From assembly GCA_964644695.1 (NCBI GenBank), contig CAZXWN010000006.1:64196-113149 (forward strand): 48,954 nt of DNA. The letters are read 5' to 3'. The notes under the pieces were generated by a model, which saw nothing but the letters and a program-made list of their open reading frames with translations, made no database searches and was not told the DNA's origin. The stretch comes from an uncultured bacterium (GTDB lineage: Bacteria > UBP4 > UBA4092). The translations under genes were made by a program, and so were the position numbers. Each line of letters opens with the position of its first letter. The stretch's first letter is position 1. Shown piece by piece: positions 29,320 through 39,575 of this stretch.

Positions 29320-29516
29320 AAATACTATACTTTTGCATGATATGGATTGGAGTGGCCCTGGCCAGTTATGGGTTTGGGGGTGTGATTGATAATCGAGTTT
29401 CCCGGCAAACCCTGAGATCTCTCCTGCTGTTGATTGGTGTTCTGTGTATTGGTTTTGGGCTGTTAATGTACCATGTCCCCGGATTCTTCTCAACCTCCGT
29501 GCCGACCGTACCCTGA
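29316..29516 (+). CDS. Small two-TM hypothetical membrane protein
   Basis: ATGA overlap with the era stop; two hydrophobic segments. Confidence 0.55.
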   Translation: MKILYFCMIWIGVALASYGFGGVIDNRVSRQTLRSLLLLIGVLCIGFGLLMYHVPGFFSTSVPTVP

Positions 29517-29551
29517 TTAAACCTCTATCTGAATTTTGTCAGAGGCTAGTC

Positions 29552-30547
29552 TTATTTTTTCTGATGCAGATTCTTGTACGATGAACCGATGATATCCCAA
29601 ACCTTTGGAGAATCATCACACCGTAAATGAGACATCTGACCACAGGCTCGATAAGCCCATGTACAAATATTGCGGATGCCGCAATCATAGGCCGTCTGGA
29701 TGGCCTTGGATACTTCATCTTCTTTCCCTTTAACAATCTTGAAGCCCTGAATCCAAATCTGACCTTCTTTATTGTGTTTCCCTGCACACTCCATAATTCG
29801 TTCAGAAAAGAATCGAACCATTTCTTCCGGGTCTCCACCCCAGAGCCAGTAAGGGTCAGTTCCGATAATATCCAGTTCCGGGATAGATGCGAATCGTTCC
29901 CAGGTTTCCAATGTATCCCGGTAGGGAAGAAGGCAAATACAGTTCCTGACATGGGGTTTATATTCCTTTACCGTGATGCACATTTCTCTTAAAAAGTTAT
30001 AAAGAGATTCGGCTTGGAATTGCTTGACCTCCGGTGTTTTTACTAAAGGGAGAGGTTCTCCAAACTGAGCCTGATACATTTCCTGACAGACATTACAACG
30101 GCAGGCCCAATAATCTCTGGGGTCTCCGCACCAACCCGGAAGATAAAAATGTGGCTCGTCCCAAAAGGCAACGTCTGCGCCGGTATCTAATGCAGTCCGA
30201 ATCCAATCTTTCATGAATTCTCGAAATTTAGGCTGGTTAGGGCAGGCCATCCCCAGTATCTTTCCATCCATTCGGATTTGAGAGGTTTCCAGATTTTTCG
30301 GGACCCATCTCCAGTCTGCTTCCCCACCAAAAACTCCACCGACGGCCCAGGGGTCTATATATACTTCCAATCCAGCGTCGTGGCTTGCAGCGACAATATC
30401 TTTCATGGAGTCCTTATAAAAGAAATAATCATTTTCACTGAAGCAATGTAAAACAGAATTGCAATGATGTTCTTTCATATCCTTTAAGTCAGACAGATAA
30501 TGGTCTAACATTCTGTTTCCAAAGTAACTCGTTCCAGTAGTCAGCAT
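29552..30547 (-). CDS. Cytoplasmic putative glycoside hydrolase-like TIM-barrel protein
   Basis: ACPNQP, FWDEPH, WACRCNVC Cys cluster (GH42-like), GTDPYW; GAGG RBS. Confidence 0.55.
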   Translation of the reverse strand: MLTTGTSYFGNRMLDHYLSDLKDMKEHHCNSVLHCFSENDYFFYKDSMKDIVAASHDAGLEVYIDPWAVGGVFGGEADWRWVPKNLETSQIRMDGKILGMACPNQPKFREFMKDWIRTALDTGADVAFWDEPHFYLPGWCGDPRDYWACRCNVCQEMYQAQFGEPLPLVKTPEVKQFQAESLYNFLREMCITVKEYKPHVRNCICLLPYRDTLETWERFASIPELDIIGTDPYWLWGGDPEEMVRFFSERIMECAGKHNKEGQIWIQGFKIVKGKEDEVSKAIQTAYDCGIRNICTWAYRACGQMSHLRCDDSPKVWDIIGSSYKNLHQKK

Positions 30548-30612
30548 AAGTTATCCTCGTAAATAAAAGATGAGAATCATTCTATCATCAGTTTTAACAA
30601 TGAGATACCTAA

Positions 30613-30661
30613 AACGAACCATCCACGGAGCTATTCCGAGCAGCTCCGTGGATGATTCGTT
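30613..30661 (+). repeat. Palindromic REP-like repeat, family A copy 2
   Basis: AACGAACCATCCACGGAGCTATTCCGAGCAGCTCCGTGGATGATTCGTT. Confidence 0.85.
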
Positions 30662-30710
30662 TAAGATTTGATTTTAAAATAGGTTGGAATGTTTAATGAC
30701 ACTGATAAAA

Positions 30711-31790
30711 TTAGATATCAAACAGGGCTTTGACGAAATCTCCGGCATGGAAGGTCCGTAAATCATCAATCCCTTCACCCACACCGATTAGTTTAACGGG
30801 TAGTTTCATTTCATCCGCCAGGGTAATCACAATACCCCCTTTAGCGGTTCCATCAAGTTTGGTCAAAATAATCCCTGAGAGGGGAACTGCCTCTGCAAAG
30901 ATTTTGGCTTGTTGCAGCGCATTTTGTCCGGTGGTGGCATCCAGAACCAGGAGTATTTCCCGGGGACAGTCACTTGCTTCCCGGTCGAGGACTCGGCCAA
31001 TCTTGCGAAGTTCTTCCATCAAATTGGATTTGGTGTGAAGTCGTCCTGCCGTATCAATCAAAAGGATATCTGAATGACGGGCCTTGGCTGCTGTACAACC
31101 ATCAAACACAACGGCTGCAGGGTCTGCACCGTGGGCATGCTTAATAATGGGAACACCGGCTCTCTCTGCCCAGACATCCAATTGTTCAATTGCTGCTGCC
31201 CGGAATGTATCTGCCGCAGCAATGACTACTTTTTTCTGGTCTTCTTTGAACATTTTGGCAATCTTGCCGCAGGCGGTTGTTTTCCCCGTACCATTGACAC
31301 CAACCAGCATGATAACGCCCAGGCCGGCATCCTTTCCCACTGTCAAAGGTTTGTCCACCTCAGCTAAGATGCCGTTGATTTTATTGATCAATTCCTGCTG
31401 TAACTCTTCGGGAGTCTGGATAGACCCTGATTTAAGTTTTTTCCTCAGGTAATCCAGAATATCCATGGTGGTGGAGACGCCTAAATCACTGGTGATTAGA
31501 ATTTCTTCCAATCGTTCCAGCATTTCTTCATCCAGTTTTCCCCCGCCGAAAAATAAGTCGTTGATACGTTTGGACAATAAATTCCGAGTCGCAGTCAAAC
31601 CACTCTTGAGTTTACTAAACCAACCATTACCGGTAGAGGGTTTCGCGGGTGGTTCCGGGATGGGGATAGATGAAGCCTCTACTGATTTACTATCGTTATC
31701 AGGTGCAGATAGAGGAACCTGCTCCGTGCTGGGAGCAGGCTGGGATACAGATTCATTTTCTTTTTTCTTGAACAGGTCAAATATTCCCAT
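30711..31790 (-). CDS. ftsY: Signal recognition particle receptor FtsY
   Basis: GVNGTGKTT, DTFRAAA, DTAGRLH, TKLDGTAKGG. Confidence 0.97.
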   Translation of the reverse strand: MGIFDLFKKKENESVSQPAPSTEQVPLSAPDNDSKSVEASSIPIPEPPAKPSTGNGWFSKLKSGLTATRNLLSKRINDLFFGGGKLDEEMLERLEEILITSDLGVSTTMDILDYLRKKLKSGSIQTPEELQQELINKINGILAEVDKPLTVGKDAGLGVIMLVGVNGTGKTTACGKIAKMFKEDQKKVVIAAADTFRAAAIEQLDVWAERAGVPIIKHAHGADPAAVVFDGCTAAKARHSDILLIDTAGRLHTKSNLMEELRKIGRVLDREASDCPREILLVLDATTGQNALQQAKIFAEAVPLSGIILTKLDGTAKGGIVITLADEMKLPVKLIGVGEGIDDLRTFHAGDFVKALFDI

Positions 31791-31808
31791 GTAGGGGATA
31801 TACTCCTT

Positions 31809-34800
31809 TTATTCGGCTGCGGGTGTGGCAGGTCCTTTTAAACTGTCCTGATTGAAATTCATGGAGGCCAGTGTCTCGTCATCATAAAGTGCTTCACCCG
31901 TTACTTTGACCGCCACAACTTTGGATACACCGGGTTCTTCCATGGTGACACCGTAAAGATTTGTTGCTGCTTCCATAGTGCGTTTATTGTGGGTGATAAC
32001 CAGGAACTGGGACCGGTCAACCATTTCTTTCAGCATATCTGTGAACCGTCCGATATTCATATCATCCAGCGGTGCATCAATTTCGTCGAGAACACAAAGA
32101 GGTGCTGGTTTTAATAAGTAAATCGAGAACAGTAATGCAATGGCGGAAAGGGCTTTTTCACCACCTGACAGTAAGGTGATATTTTGCAGGTTTTTGCCTG
32201 GAGGTTGAACGATAACATCAATCCCTGATTCCAGCGGGTTTTCTTCATCCACCATAATCAGCCGGGCATTACCACCTCGGAACAGGTGACGGAAGACTTC
32301 ATGGAAATTCCGCTGGGCGGCATTGAAGGTGTCCACAAATAAATCTTTGGTCGTCGAGTTGATATGGTTGATAGTGGCACGCAGTGAGGAGATAGCCGTC
32401 TTGGCATCTTCTTCCTGGGTCTTCAGCTGTTCATACCGTTTTTGAGCTTCTTCATACTCTTCTATGGCGCTGAAGTTAACGGGTCCAATCTTAGCAATCT
32501 TCTGCTTGAGTTCATTGATCCGGTTATTGACTACCGCTGTATCAGTTAAGTCCACATCTTCTTCTAACTCGATGGGCTCCGCCACATCCAGATGGTAAGT
32601 TTCCTGTATTCTCTGGCGGAGATTATCAATTTTCCAGGTGAATTCATTGACCTGGATTTCCAGTTCATGAACTTCATTAAAGACCTGCGATTGGTCACGG
32701 CGTAACTCAGCCAAGGTCCTCGATAATTCATTGATTTTATCTTCTGCCTGTTGCTTTTCAGTGGTTAATTCCTGCAGTGTTTTTTCGAGTTTAGCCTTCA
32801 GCTCATCCAGTTCTGTTTTATGTGTCTGTGACTGGGTGATGAGTTCTTGTGAATCCGCTTTCTTTTTCTCATTCTGTTGTTTTTGCTGATATTTTTGCTG
32901 CAGGAGGCTGTTCTGTGAGGCTAGTGCATTAGCAGCCTGTGATACCTGTTGTTGAATGTTTTTGAACTGATTTTCCAGTGTGGCTAATTCTACCTGGAGC
33001 CGGGTAATCATTTCCCCCTGGCTTTCCCGTTTCTGGTTTATTTCAACAACCGAGGACCGCCATGATTCAACCTGTTGATTGGCAGTCTGAACTTCTTCTT
33101 CCAATCGTTTTAATTCAGCCTGAAGTTGGCCTTGGCGATTTCTCTGCCGGTCTTCTTCCGATTGGCTGTTGGTCTTGGAGGTTTGTAGCTGCCCTATTTC
33201 TCTTTCCAGGTTTCGCTGTTGCCCGGTCAGGGACTCAACATCCCGTTGAGCACCGGCTCTTTGTATTTCCTGTTCATGAGCCTGCCGTTGCTGTTCATTC
33301 CGTTCTTTTTCCAGTTCGGCATTTTTCTGGTCACACAGGGAAATCTGTTCCTGGATGGATTTAACTTTTTGTTCTAACTGAGTAATTAAAGTGGCTAATG
33401 AGGATATCTCACGGTCCTGAGCTAACAATCCGGTGGTTTTAACTGAACCCCCTGTAATCGCTCCGTAAGTCGTGACCCGTTCACCGGAAAGAGTAACAAA
33501 CTCGCCGTTAAAATTACCCTGCCGAGTAAGACTCAAGGCCGTATCTAAATCTTTTACAATAAGAGTATTTCCCAGCAGATGCCGGATAATAGGTTCATAT
33601 CCCTGGTCGCATTTTACCAGGTCAGAGGCTCGCCCCATGACCCCTTCTGATTGAAGAAGTGAACTGTCAATCGTCGGATTGGAAATATCTTTGACCAGGT
33701 CCAGAGATAAAAGCGTTGCACTGCCTTTTTTGTTTTGCTGCAGGAAATCCAGTGCTGATTTGGCTCCACTCACCGTATCTGTTACAAGATAATTCAGGGC
33801 ATTCCCCAGTGCTGTTTCAATCGCCACATCATACTGTGCTTCTGTATGGATGAGGCTGGCTATGGGTGCATTGATTCCTGAACACTGCGACTGGTTGGCC
33901 TTCTTGGCCTGCAGTAAGCTTTTGGTTCCAGATTGATACCCTTCGAAAGATTCCTTGAGGGCAATTAATGAGTTTCTTCGGCTCTGCCGATTCCCCAGTT
34001 CTTGCCGTACCTGGTCAAGGTCTTTGAAGTGTTGTGTCTTTTGGGTTCGGACTTCATTGATTTGCTGATTGTATTGATTGATCAGGTTCTGGCATTGCTT
34101 GATACTTGTATCAAATCCTGCCACCCGGTCTTTTGCGCTTTGAACTTTGGATTGAACATCAACAATAACCTGTTCTTTCTCGGTCAGGTTTCTGGATAAT
34201 TCGTTCCGACGAGTTTCAATGCTGATGAGATTTGCACCGATGGCACCTAGTTCTACCTGGAGTTTGGCGGAGCGTTCATTCTTCTGCCGGATATCATTTA
34301 AACCCTGTTGTATGGAGTTTTCCACTCGGCGAAGGTCGCCCACAATGGCATTCAGGCTCTGCTGATGTTCCGTGATAACTTGTCGCTGCCGGGCAATCTG
34401 TGCCGTGAATTCATTCTGCTGCTGTACGAATCCGTCTTTCTGTCCCTGTAATTCATCACGTCGTTGCTCTAAATCTCGAATTTCAGTCGCCAGTCCATTT
34501 AGAGTTTCTTCGGCATTAGTGATGACTGATTGGGCTATTTTTATCTGGGATTCCAGTCGTTCGGTTTGACTTTCGGTATCGAACTTCTGTTGTCTGTTTT
34601 GGGAGAGGAGAGTATCGATCTCATTTGTGCGATGACGGGATTCATCCAGGCTTTTTTCGGAAGTTTCAATGCCGAGAGTCATCTCCGTATTTTTTTTGCG
34701 GGCGGATTCGAGCTTGTCAGACATCTCTTTGTGAATGGAAGACATCCGATCAAACTCCTGTTTACTGAAGGAAACTTCCAGCTTCCGGAGCTCTGTTTCA

Positions 34801-35453
34801 AATTCCTGATACCGTTTTGCTGCCCGGGCCTGTCGCTCTACGGAGTTAACCTGTCGTTTTACTTCTGCAATAATATCGTTTAATCGAACCAGGTTTTCTT
34901 CCGTTCGGCTGAGCTTTCGTACGGCTTCATCCTTGCGGGTCTGGTACTTGGTAATTCCTGCGGCTTCTTCAAAGATGAACCGTCTTTGCTCTGGTTTCAT
35001 CTGAAGTAACTGGTCTATTTTTCCTTGCTCCATGATGGAATAGGCATGGGGACCTAATCCAGTATCCATAAACAAGCCTTCAATATCTTTTAGACGGCAG
35101 GAGGTTTTATTGATCAGATACTCCGATTCACCGGTTCGGTATAGCCGCCGGGATATGGATATTTCGTTATAGTCCATCGAAAGGGTTTGTTCACAATCCG
35201 CAAAAACCAGCGTCGCCTCAGAAAAACTCGTGGCTTTGCGGGTCGACGAACCTGCCCAAATCAAGTCAGCCATCTTGTCTGCACGCAGAACGCGGGGATT
35301 TTGTTCGCCCAATACCCATCGAACGGCATCTAATACATTGGACTTGCCACAACCATTGGGGCCGATAATGGCGCCGATTCCTTCGGTGAGGTCTATTGTT
35401 GTTGGGTCAACAAAGGATTTAAAACCACATATTTGTATTTGCTTGAGATACAT
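31809..35453 (-). CDS. smc: Chromosome segregation protein SMC
   Basis: GFKSF, GPNGCGKSN, long coiled coils with hinge, LSGGE, LDEIDAPLD. Confidence 0.97.
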   Translation of the reverse strand: MYLKQIQICGFKSFVDPTTIDLTEGIGAIIGPNGCGKSNVLDAVRWVLGEQNPRVLRADKMADLIWAGSSTRKATSFSEATLVFADCEQTLSMDYNEISISRRLYRTGESEYLINKTSCRLKDIEGLFMDTGLGPHAYSIMEQGKIDQLLQMKPEQRRFIFEEAAGITKYQTRKDEAVRKLSRTEENLVRLNDIIAEVKRQVNSVERQARAAKRYQEFETELRKLEVSFSKQEFDRMSSIHKEMSDKLESARKKNTEMTLGIETSEKSLDESRHRTNEIDTLLSQNRQQKFDTESQTERLESQIKIAQSVITNAEETLNGLATEIRDLEQRRDELQGQKDGFVQQQNEFTAQIARQRQVITEHQQSLNAIVGDLRRVENSIQQGLNDIRQKNERSAKLQVELGAIGANLISIETRRNELSRNLTEKEQVIVDVQSKVQSAKDRVAGFDTSIKQCQNLINQYNQQINEVRTQKTQHFKDLDQVRQELGNRQSRRNSLIALKESFEGYQSGTKSLLQAKKANQSQCSGINAPIASLIHTEAQYDVAIETALGNALNYLVTDTVSGAKSALDFLQQNKKGSATLLSLDLVKDISNPTIDSSLLQSEGVMGRASDLVKCDQGYEPIIRHLLGNTLIVKDLDTALSLTRQGNFNGEFVTLSGERVTTYGAITGGSVKTTGLLAQDREISSLATLITQLEQKVKSIQEQISLCDQKNAELEKERNEQQRQAHEQEIQRAGAQRDVESLTGQQRNLEREIGQLQTSKTNSQSEEDRQRNRQGQLQAELKRLEEEVQTANQQVESWRSSVVEINQKRESQGEMITRLQVELATLENQFKNIQQQVSQAANALASQNSLLQQKYQQKQQNEKKKADSQELITQSQTHKTELDELKAKLEKTLQELTTEKQQAEDKINELSRTLAELRRDQSQVFNEVHELEIQVNEFTWKIDNLRQRIQETYHLDVAEPIELEEDVDLTDTAVVNNRINELKQKIAKIGPVNFSAIEEYEEAQKRYEQLKTQEEDAKTAISSLRATINHINSTTKDLFVDTFNAAQRNFHEVFRHLFRGGNARLIMVDEENPLESGIDVIVQPPGKNLQNITLLSGGEKALSAIALLFSIYLLKPAPLCVLDEIDAPLDDMNIGRFTDMLKEMVDRSQFLVITHNKRTMEAATNLYGVTMEEPGVSKVVAVKVTGEALYDDETLASMNFNQDSLKGPATPAAE

Positions 35454-35545
35454 TCTGTTGTGTCAGCTTCGGTTCTTTATGGTATGTGTAAAATGATATC
35501 AAAGTCCCGATAGGCACCTTTCTAAAGATAGATGGTGAATTAATC

Positions 35546-35575
35546 AGTATAAATTTCCACTGGTCCTTTTGTCAA
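35546..35575 (-). promoter_or_regulatory. Sigma70 promoter for smc-ftsY
   Basis: Minus strand TTGACA-18 nt-TATACT. Confidence 0.65.
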
Positions 35576-35688
35576 AAGAACTACTTTTCCAAAATCACCC
35601 TTGTCCCTCAAAAGGGACATATCCCATGAATTATTGAATCCGTATATATGTTAATTATACCTATTCTAAAGGGTTTACACCTTTTTCA

Positions 35689-35717
35689 TTGACTCAGAAG
35701 CCTAAAACTAATAAAAT
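35689..35717 (+). promoter_or_regulatory. Sigma70 promoter for the sugar ABC genes
   Basis: TTGACT-17 nt-TAAAAT. Confidence 0.7.
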
Positions 35718-35765
35718 TTCAAAGAACCATAATATAAAAGTAAATTGCGAGAAGGGTATCCTATT

Positions 35766-38042
35766 GTGAAGAAAATCCTGTTCTTATTTACAGCGTTGTT
35801 TTTCTGCCTGGCCCTGGCTGCTAACGCTCAGAAAACGACCATCCGCTATCTCACCTTCGAAACATCGTACGAACAAATCAGCCTCATCAAAAGGATTATT
35901 GCTGAATTTGAGAAGCAAAACCCTGATATCCATGTTCAATTGGAAGCGACCACGGAAGCCAGCCGTGTCTTTCTGACTGAAATCGCTGCTGGAGCCCCAC
36001 CGGATGTTATCTACATTGGGCCTGATTTTTTACCACAACTTGTGTCCAAAAATGCTTTATTGCCAATGAATGATTTGGTGAAGCGGGACAATATAGACAT
36101 GAATCAGTACTACCCAAAGGTTGTTAGAGATTTGACCTTTAACGGAAATCTATACGCATTCCCCATTCATTACTCCACAGATGCCGTTTTTTATAACAAG
36201 AAAATGTTCCGGGACAAAGGCATTCCCTATCCGACTTCTAATTGGACCTGGTACGATTTTCGTAATATTGCGATGAAATTATTAACTAAAGATGATAAAG
36301 GTGAGATAAAAACCTTTGGTTGTCTTATTCCAGAGCCGACCATTATTGTATCCTCTTTTGGTGGAAAAATTATCAGTGATGATTCAACGAGAGTTGTAAT
36401 CAAAGATTATCCTCAATCATTGCAGGCTTTTGAATTTATTGAATCCATGCGTGGTGTTTGTGCTCCTCTGGCCGCCCAGGTACAGGATACCAATGAAATG
36501 AAGATGTTCTCTCAAGGCCGTGTGGCTATGTTTTCGGGGAGAACTTGGCAATTACCAGAAATTATTCGCTTGACTGAAGCAAGTCATTTGGATTGGGATA
36601 TTGCCATGATTCCTTCCGGTCCAGTTAAACAATTTTCTGGCTTAGGTGTTGGCGGTAATTGTATTGCCAAGGGAAGCCGACATCCGGAAGCTGCATGGAA
36701 GTTTGCCAAGTTTTATTCTTCTCTTGAGGGACAAAGTAAACTGGGTATTATGAAAAACTGTGTTCCTGCCCTGAAAGTATTAGCAGATAGCCCGCAATCC
36801 TTCAATTGCCCACCTCCAGAAAACATAAAAGCTTTCCGTGACGCTGAAGCTTTTGCCGGAGTATCGATGCCCTATGCTGAATGGCGAAGTGAATTCCAGT
36901 CCCGCGTCTGGGAACCTGTCATGGAACAACTTCGGACGAAGATGATTGGGCCAAAACAAGCTGTTGATCAGATTCATACTACTGGAAATGAGTTTCTAAA
37001 GAAATTCTTGGAAGATTCTGCCAGACAACGTGAGGCGATGAAAAAATATGAAGGTGTAAATCCTACTTCATTCCTGTTCAATTTCATGTTGGTATTAATG
37101 GGCATTGGATTGATTGCCTTGATTATTGTGGCTGGCACTAATAAACGGTATTGGGAAGGTTACTTATTTATTGCCCCGTGGTTAATCGGGTTTGTGATTT
37201 TCACCTTAGGGCCTGTTATGGCATCCCTCTACCTGAGTTTCACAAAATATGACATGGTTAGTGTTCCTATTTGGATTGGGTTCGGAAACTTTCATGACCT
37301 ATTCAAAGACAATTTGTTCAAACGGTCGTTGTGGAATACTCTTTATTACGCCGTATTTACAATCCCTCTCAGTTTGACCTTTTCAATGATACTGGCCATG
37401 TTGTTAAACAACAAATTAAAAGGCATTTATACCTTCCGAGCCATCTACTACTTACCAGCGATCACTTCCGGTGTTGCTATTAGCTTACTTTGGCGCTGGT
37501 TATTCCACCCAGACTTAGGATTAATTAATAAAGCCCTGACAATCATTGGATTTTCGCAGTCGATGTGTCCCAAATGGTTAACCGATCCTCATTGGGCCAT
37601 GCCTGCCATCATTATCATGAGTGTGTGGGGTGGGTTAGGTGGATCCATGCTGATTTACCTGGCCGGGTTACAAGGTATTCCAGAACAGTTGTATGAAGCC
37701 TGTGAACTGGATGGTGCGAATCCCTGGCAGAAGTTCTGGAATGTTACTCTACCCATGTTAAGCCCAACCATTTTCTTTAACTTGATTATGGCAATTATTG
37801 GTTCATTCCAAGTCTTTGTAACGGTCTTCATCATGACCAGTAATCAGGGGGCTTCGATCGAGCCTGGTGGGCCTGCAAACTCAACCTTAGTCTATGTTCT
37901 TTACTTGTACCGCAATGGTTTCCGTTATCTTAATATGGGGACCGCCTGCGCCATGGCCTGGGTTCTGTTTGTGATTATCCTGGTCCTGACATTAATTAAC
38001 TTCTACTTCTCGAAAAAATGGGTCAATTACGATCAGGTTTAA
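35766..38042 (+). CDS. Carbohydrate ABC transporter: solute-binding protein (family 1) fused to permease
   Basis: Signal peptide; FEKQNPDIHV, VFYNKKMF, WTWYDF (binding protein); then YLFIAPWLIGF and EAA loop IPEQLYEACELDGAN. Confidence 0.9.
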   Translation: MKKILFLFTALFFCLALAANAQKTTIRYLTFETSYEQISLIKRIIAEFEKQNPDIHVQLEATTEASRVFLTEIAAGAPPDVIYIGPDFLPQLVSKNALLPMNDLVKRDNIDMNQYYPKVVRDLTFNGNLYAFPIHYSTDAVFYNKKMFRDKGIPYPTSNWTWYDFRNIAMKLLTKDDKGEIKTFGCLIPEPTIIVSSFGGKIISDDSTRVVIKDYPQSLQAFEFIESMRGVCAPLAAQVQDTNEMKMFSQGRVAMFSGRTWQLPEIIRLTEASHLDWDIAMIPSGPVKQFSGLGVGGNCIAKGSRHPEAAWKFAKFYSSLEGQSKLGIMKNCVPALKVLADSPQSFNCPPPENIKAFRDAEAFAGVSMPYAEWRSEFQSRVWEPVMEQLRTKMIGPKQAVDQIHTTGNEFLKKFLEDSARQREAMKKYEGVNPTSFLFNFMLVLMGIGLIALIIVAGTNKRYWEGYLFIAPWLIGFVIFTLGPVMASLYLSFTKYDMVSVPIWIGFGNFHDLFKDNLFKRSLWNTLYYAVFTIPLSLTFSMILAMLLNNKLKGIYTFRAIYYLPAITSGVAISLLWRWLFHPDLGLINKALTIIGFSQSMCPKWLTDPHWAMPAIIIMSVWGGLGGSMLIYLAGLQGIPEQLYEACELDGANPWQKFWNVTLPMLSPTIFFNLIMAIIGSFQVFVTVFIMTSNQGASIEPGGPANSTLVYVLYLYRNGFRYLNMGTACAMAWVLFVIILVLTLINFYFSKKWVNYDQV

Positions 38043-38069
38043 TCCTGATATTGATTGGAGACTAAAACG

Positions 38070-38900
38070 ATGAATCAAATAAAGCTATATAAAAAGATAA
38101 TTCTTTATACCATCCTTGGGGTGGGCGCATTTTTCTACATGCTGCCCTTCTTATGGATGATACGTACCTCCTTAATGGAATATGCTCAGTCTCAGGACCC
38201 CAATGTCTGGATACCCAATCCGGTCGTCTGGGGTAACTTCCCTAAAGCCCTGTCTTACATGAACTTCTGGGTATTATTAAAAAACACTTTAATGATTACC
38301 TCGTTATGTATGATTGGTCAGATGCTGTCATCCACCATGGTGGCCTTTGGGTTTTCTCGAATGAAATTCCCCGGTAGAGACTTTCTGTTTATGTTGGTTC
38401 TCAGCACGATGATGCTCCCTGGAATGGTGACTGAAATACCGCGATTCATATTCTTCCGGCACCTGGGTTGGGTTGATACCATTCTTCCCTTGACCGTTCC
38501 CGCTTTCTTTGGTGGTGGAGCCTTCTTTATCTTCTTGTTACGTCAGTTCTTCCTTACGATTCCCTTTGATTTGGATGATGCTGCGAGAATTGATGGCTGC
38601 AGTTCCTGGAGAATCTATTGGAATATCATGCTTCCTTTATCCAAGCCTGTTATGGCGACTGTGGTTATCTTCAGCTTCATCTGGAGTTGGAATGACTTCT
38701 GGGGCCCGTTGATTTATCTACGGTCTGCCGATAAGAAGACCTTGGCTCTGGGGTTACAGGCCTTCCAAGGCATTTCCCAGACGGATTACCATTACTTAAT
38801 GGCCGCATCTCTGGTTGTACTATTACCGGTACTTATCATTTATGTCGTAGCTCAGAAGTATTTTACGCAGGGTATTGTTATGTCCGGTATGAAGGGCTAA
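38070..38900 (+). CDS. Carbohydrate ABC transporter permease (MalG-like)
   Basis: FLLRQFFLTIPFDLDDAARIDG, WNDFWGPLIYL, QKYFTQGI; GGAG RBS. Confidence 0.94.
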   Translation: MNQIKLYKKIILYTILGVGAFFYMLPFLWMIRTSLMEYAQSQDPNVWIPNPVVWGNFPKALSYMNFWVLLKNTLMITSLCMIGQMLSSTMVAFGFSRMKFPGRDFLFMLVLSTMMLPGMVTEIPRFIFFRHLGWVDTILPLTVPAFFGGGAFFIFLLRQFFLTIPFDLDDAARIDGCSSWRIYWNIMLPLSKPVMATVVIFSFIWSWNDFWGPLIYLRSADKKTLALGLQAFQGISQTDYHYLMAASLVVLLPVLIIYVVAQKYFTQGIVMSGMKG

Positions 38901-38922
38901 TTTAGTTCCTATCTGAAAATAC

Positions 38923-38954
38923 AAGCCCGGGATGTTGAATCCCGGGCTTTTCTT
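38923..38954 (+). terminator. Intrinsic (possibly bidirectional) terminator
   Basis: AAGCCCGGGAT-GTTGA-ATCCCGGGCTT-TTCTT. Confidence 0.85.
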
Positions 38955-39040
38955 ATTTGGAGTCCAATGCTGTTAAATACAGGTCTCAGGAAATATGAAT
39001 GGGGCTTTATTATTGATTATCTAGTGGTCATGCAGAATCA

Positions 39041-39466
39041 TTATCGTTTTTGTGGAATCTCCACTTTTGTAACAATAAGAAACTGTGACCCTCCTTTTTT
39101 GACAATGTTCCCCGTTACTGAGACTTGTTTCCCAAAACTGTTGGGTTTTACAAAATCAGAGACAGGTTTCATATCCGATCCAACTAATGTGTAAAGATTT
39201 CCTTTATTGTCGAGAAGTGCTACGGGTATGCCATTGGCGAAACATTGGGCGGCACAGGTCGCATGGCTTGCCCCTTTCTGATTATGTTCCAGGTAACAGG
39301 CTAAATCGACAATCTCACCTTGAATTTTGGACACTACAGGAGACTTTTTTCCTGGAGATGTTCCCATAGAGTGTCCAGCATGTCCACTTGTTTGACTGAT
39401 AGCAGTGACTACCCCAATCACACTAATAATTGAGATGATGGTAATGAGTTTGATTAGTGACTTCAT
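39041..39466 (-). CDS. Small secreted Cys/His-containing hypothetical protein (OB-fold-like)
   Basis: GGAGG RBS before the ATG at 39466; signal peptide; GEIVDLACYL...HATCAAQC...GIPVALL. Confidence 0.75.
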   Translation of the reverse strand: MKSLIKLITIISIISVIGVVTAISQTSGHAGHSMGTSPGKKSPVVSKIQGEIVDLACYLEHNQKGASHATCAAQCFANGIPVALLDNKGNLYTLVGSDMKPVSDFVKPNSFGKQVSVTGNIVKKGGSQFLIVTKVEIPQKR

Positions 39467-39537
39467 TCGGTAATACCTCCTTGATGTCTTAACATCATTA
39501 ATAACATAATTAATTACACGTCTGGTTCCCTTGCAGA

Positions 39538-39566
39538 TTGACCAGAAAGACCAGAATCGGTAGGAT
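39538..39566 (+). promoter_or_regulatory. Sigma70 promoter for GT2-degT
   Basis: TTGACC-17 nt-TAGGAT, 9 nt before the ATG. Confidence 0.55.
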
Positions 39567-39575
39567 TGAATATTC

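Noticed and set aside
32400-34900. Gln/Glu-rich quasi-repeats in smc
   Set aside because: Ordinary coiled-coil heptad composition, not DNA repeats
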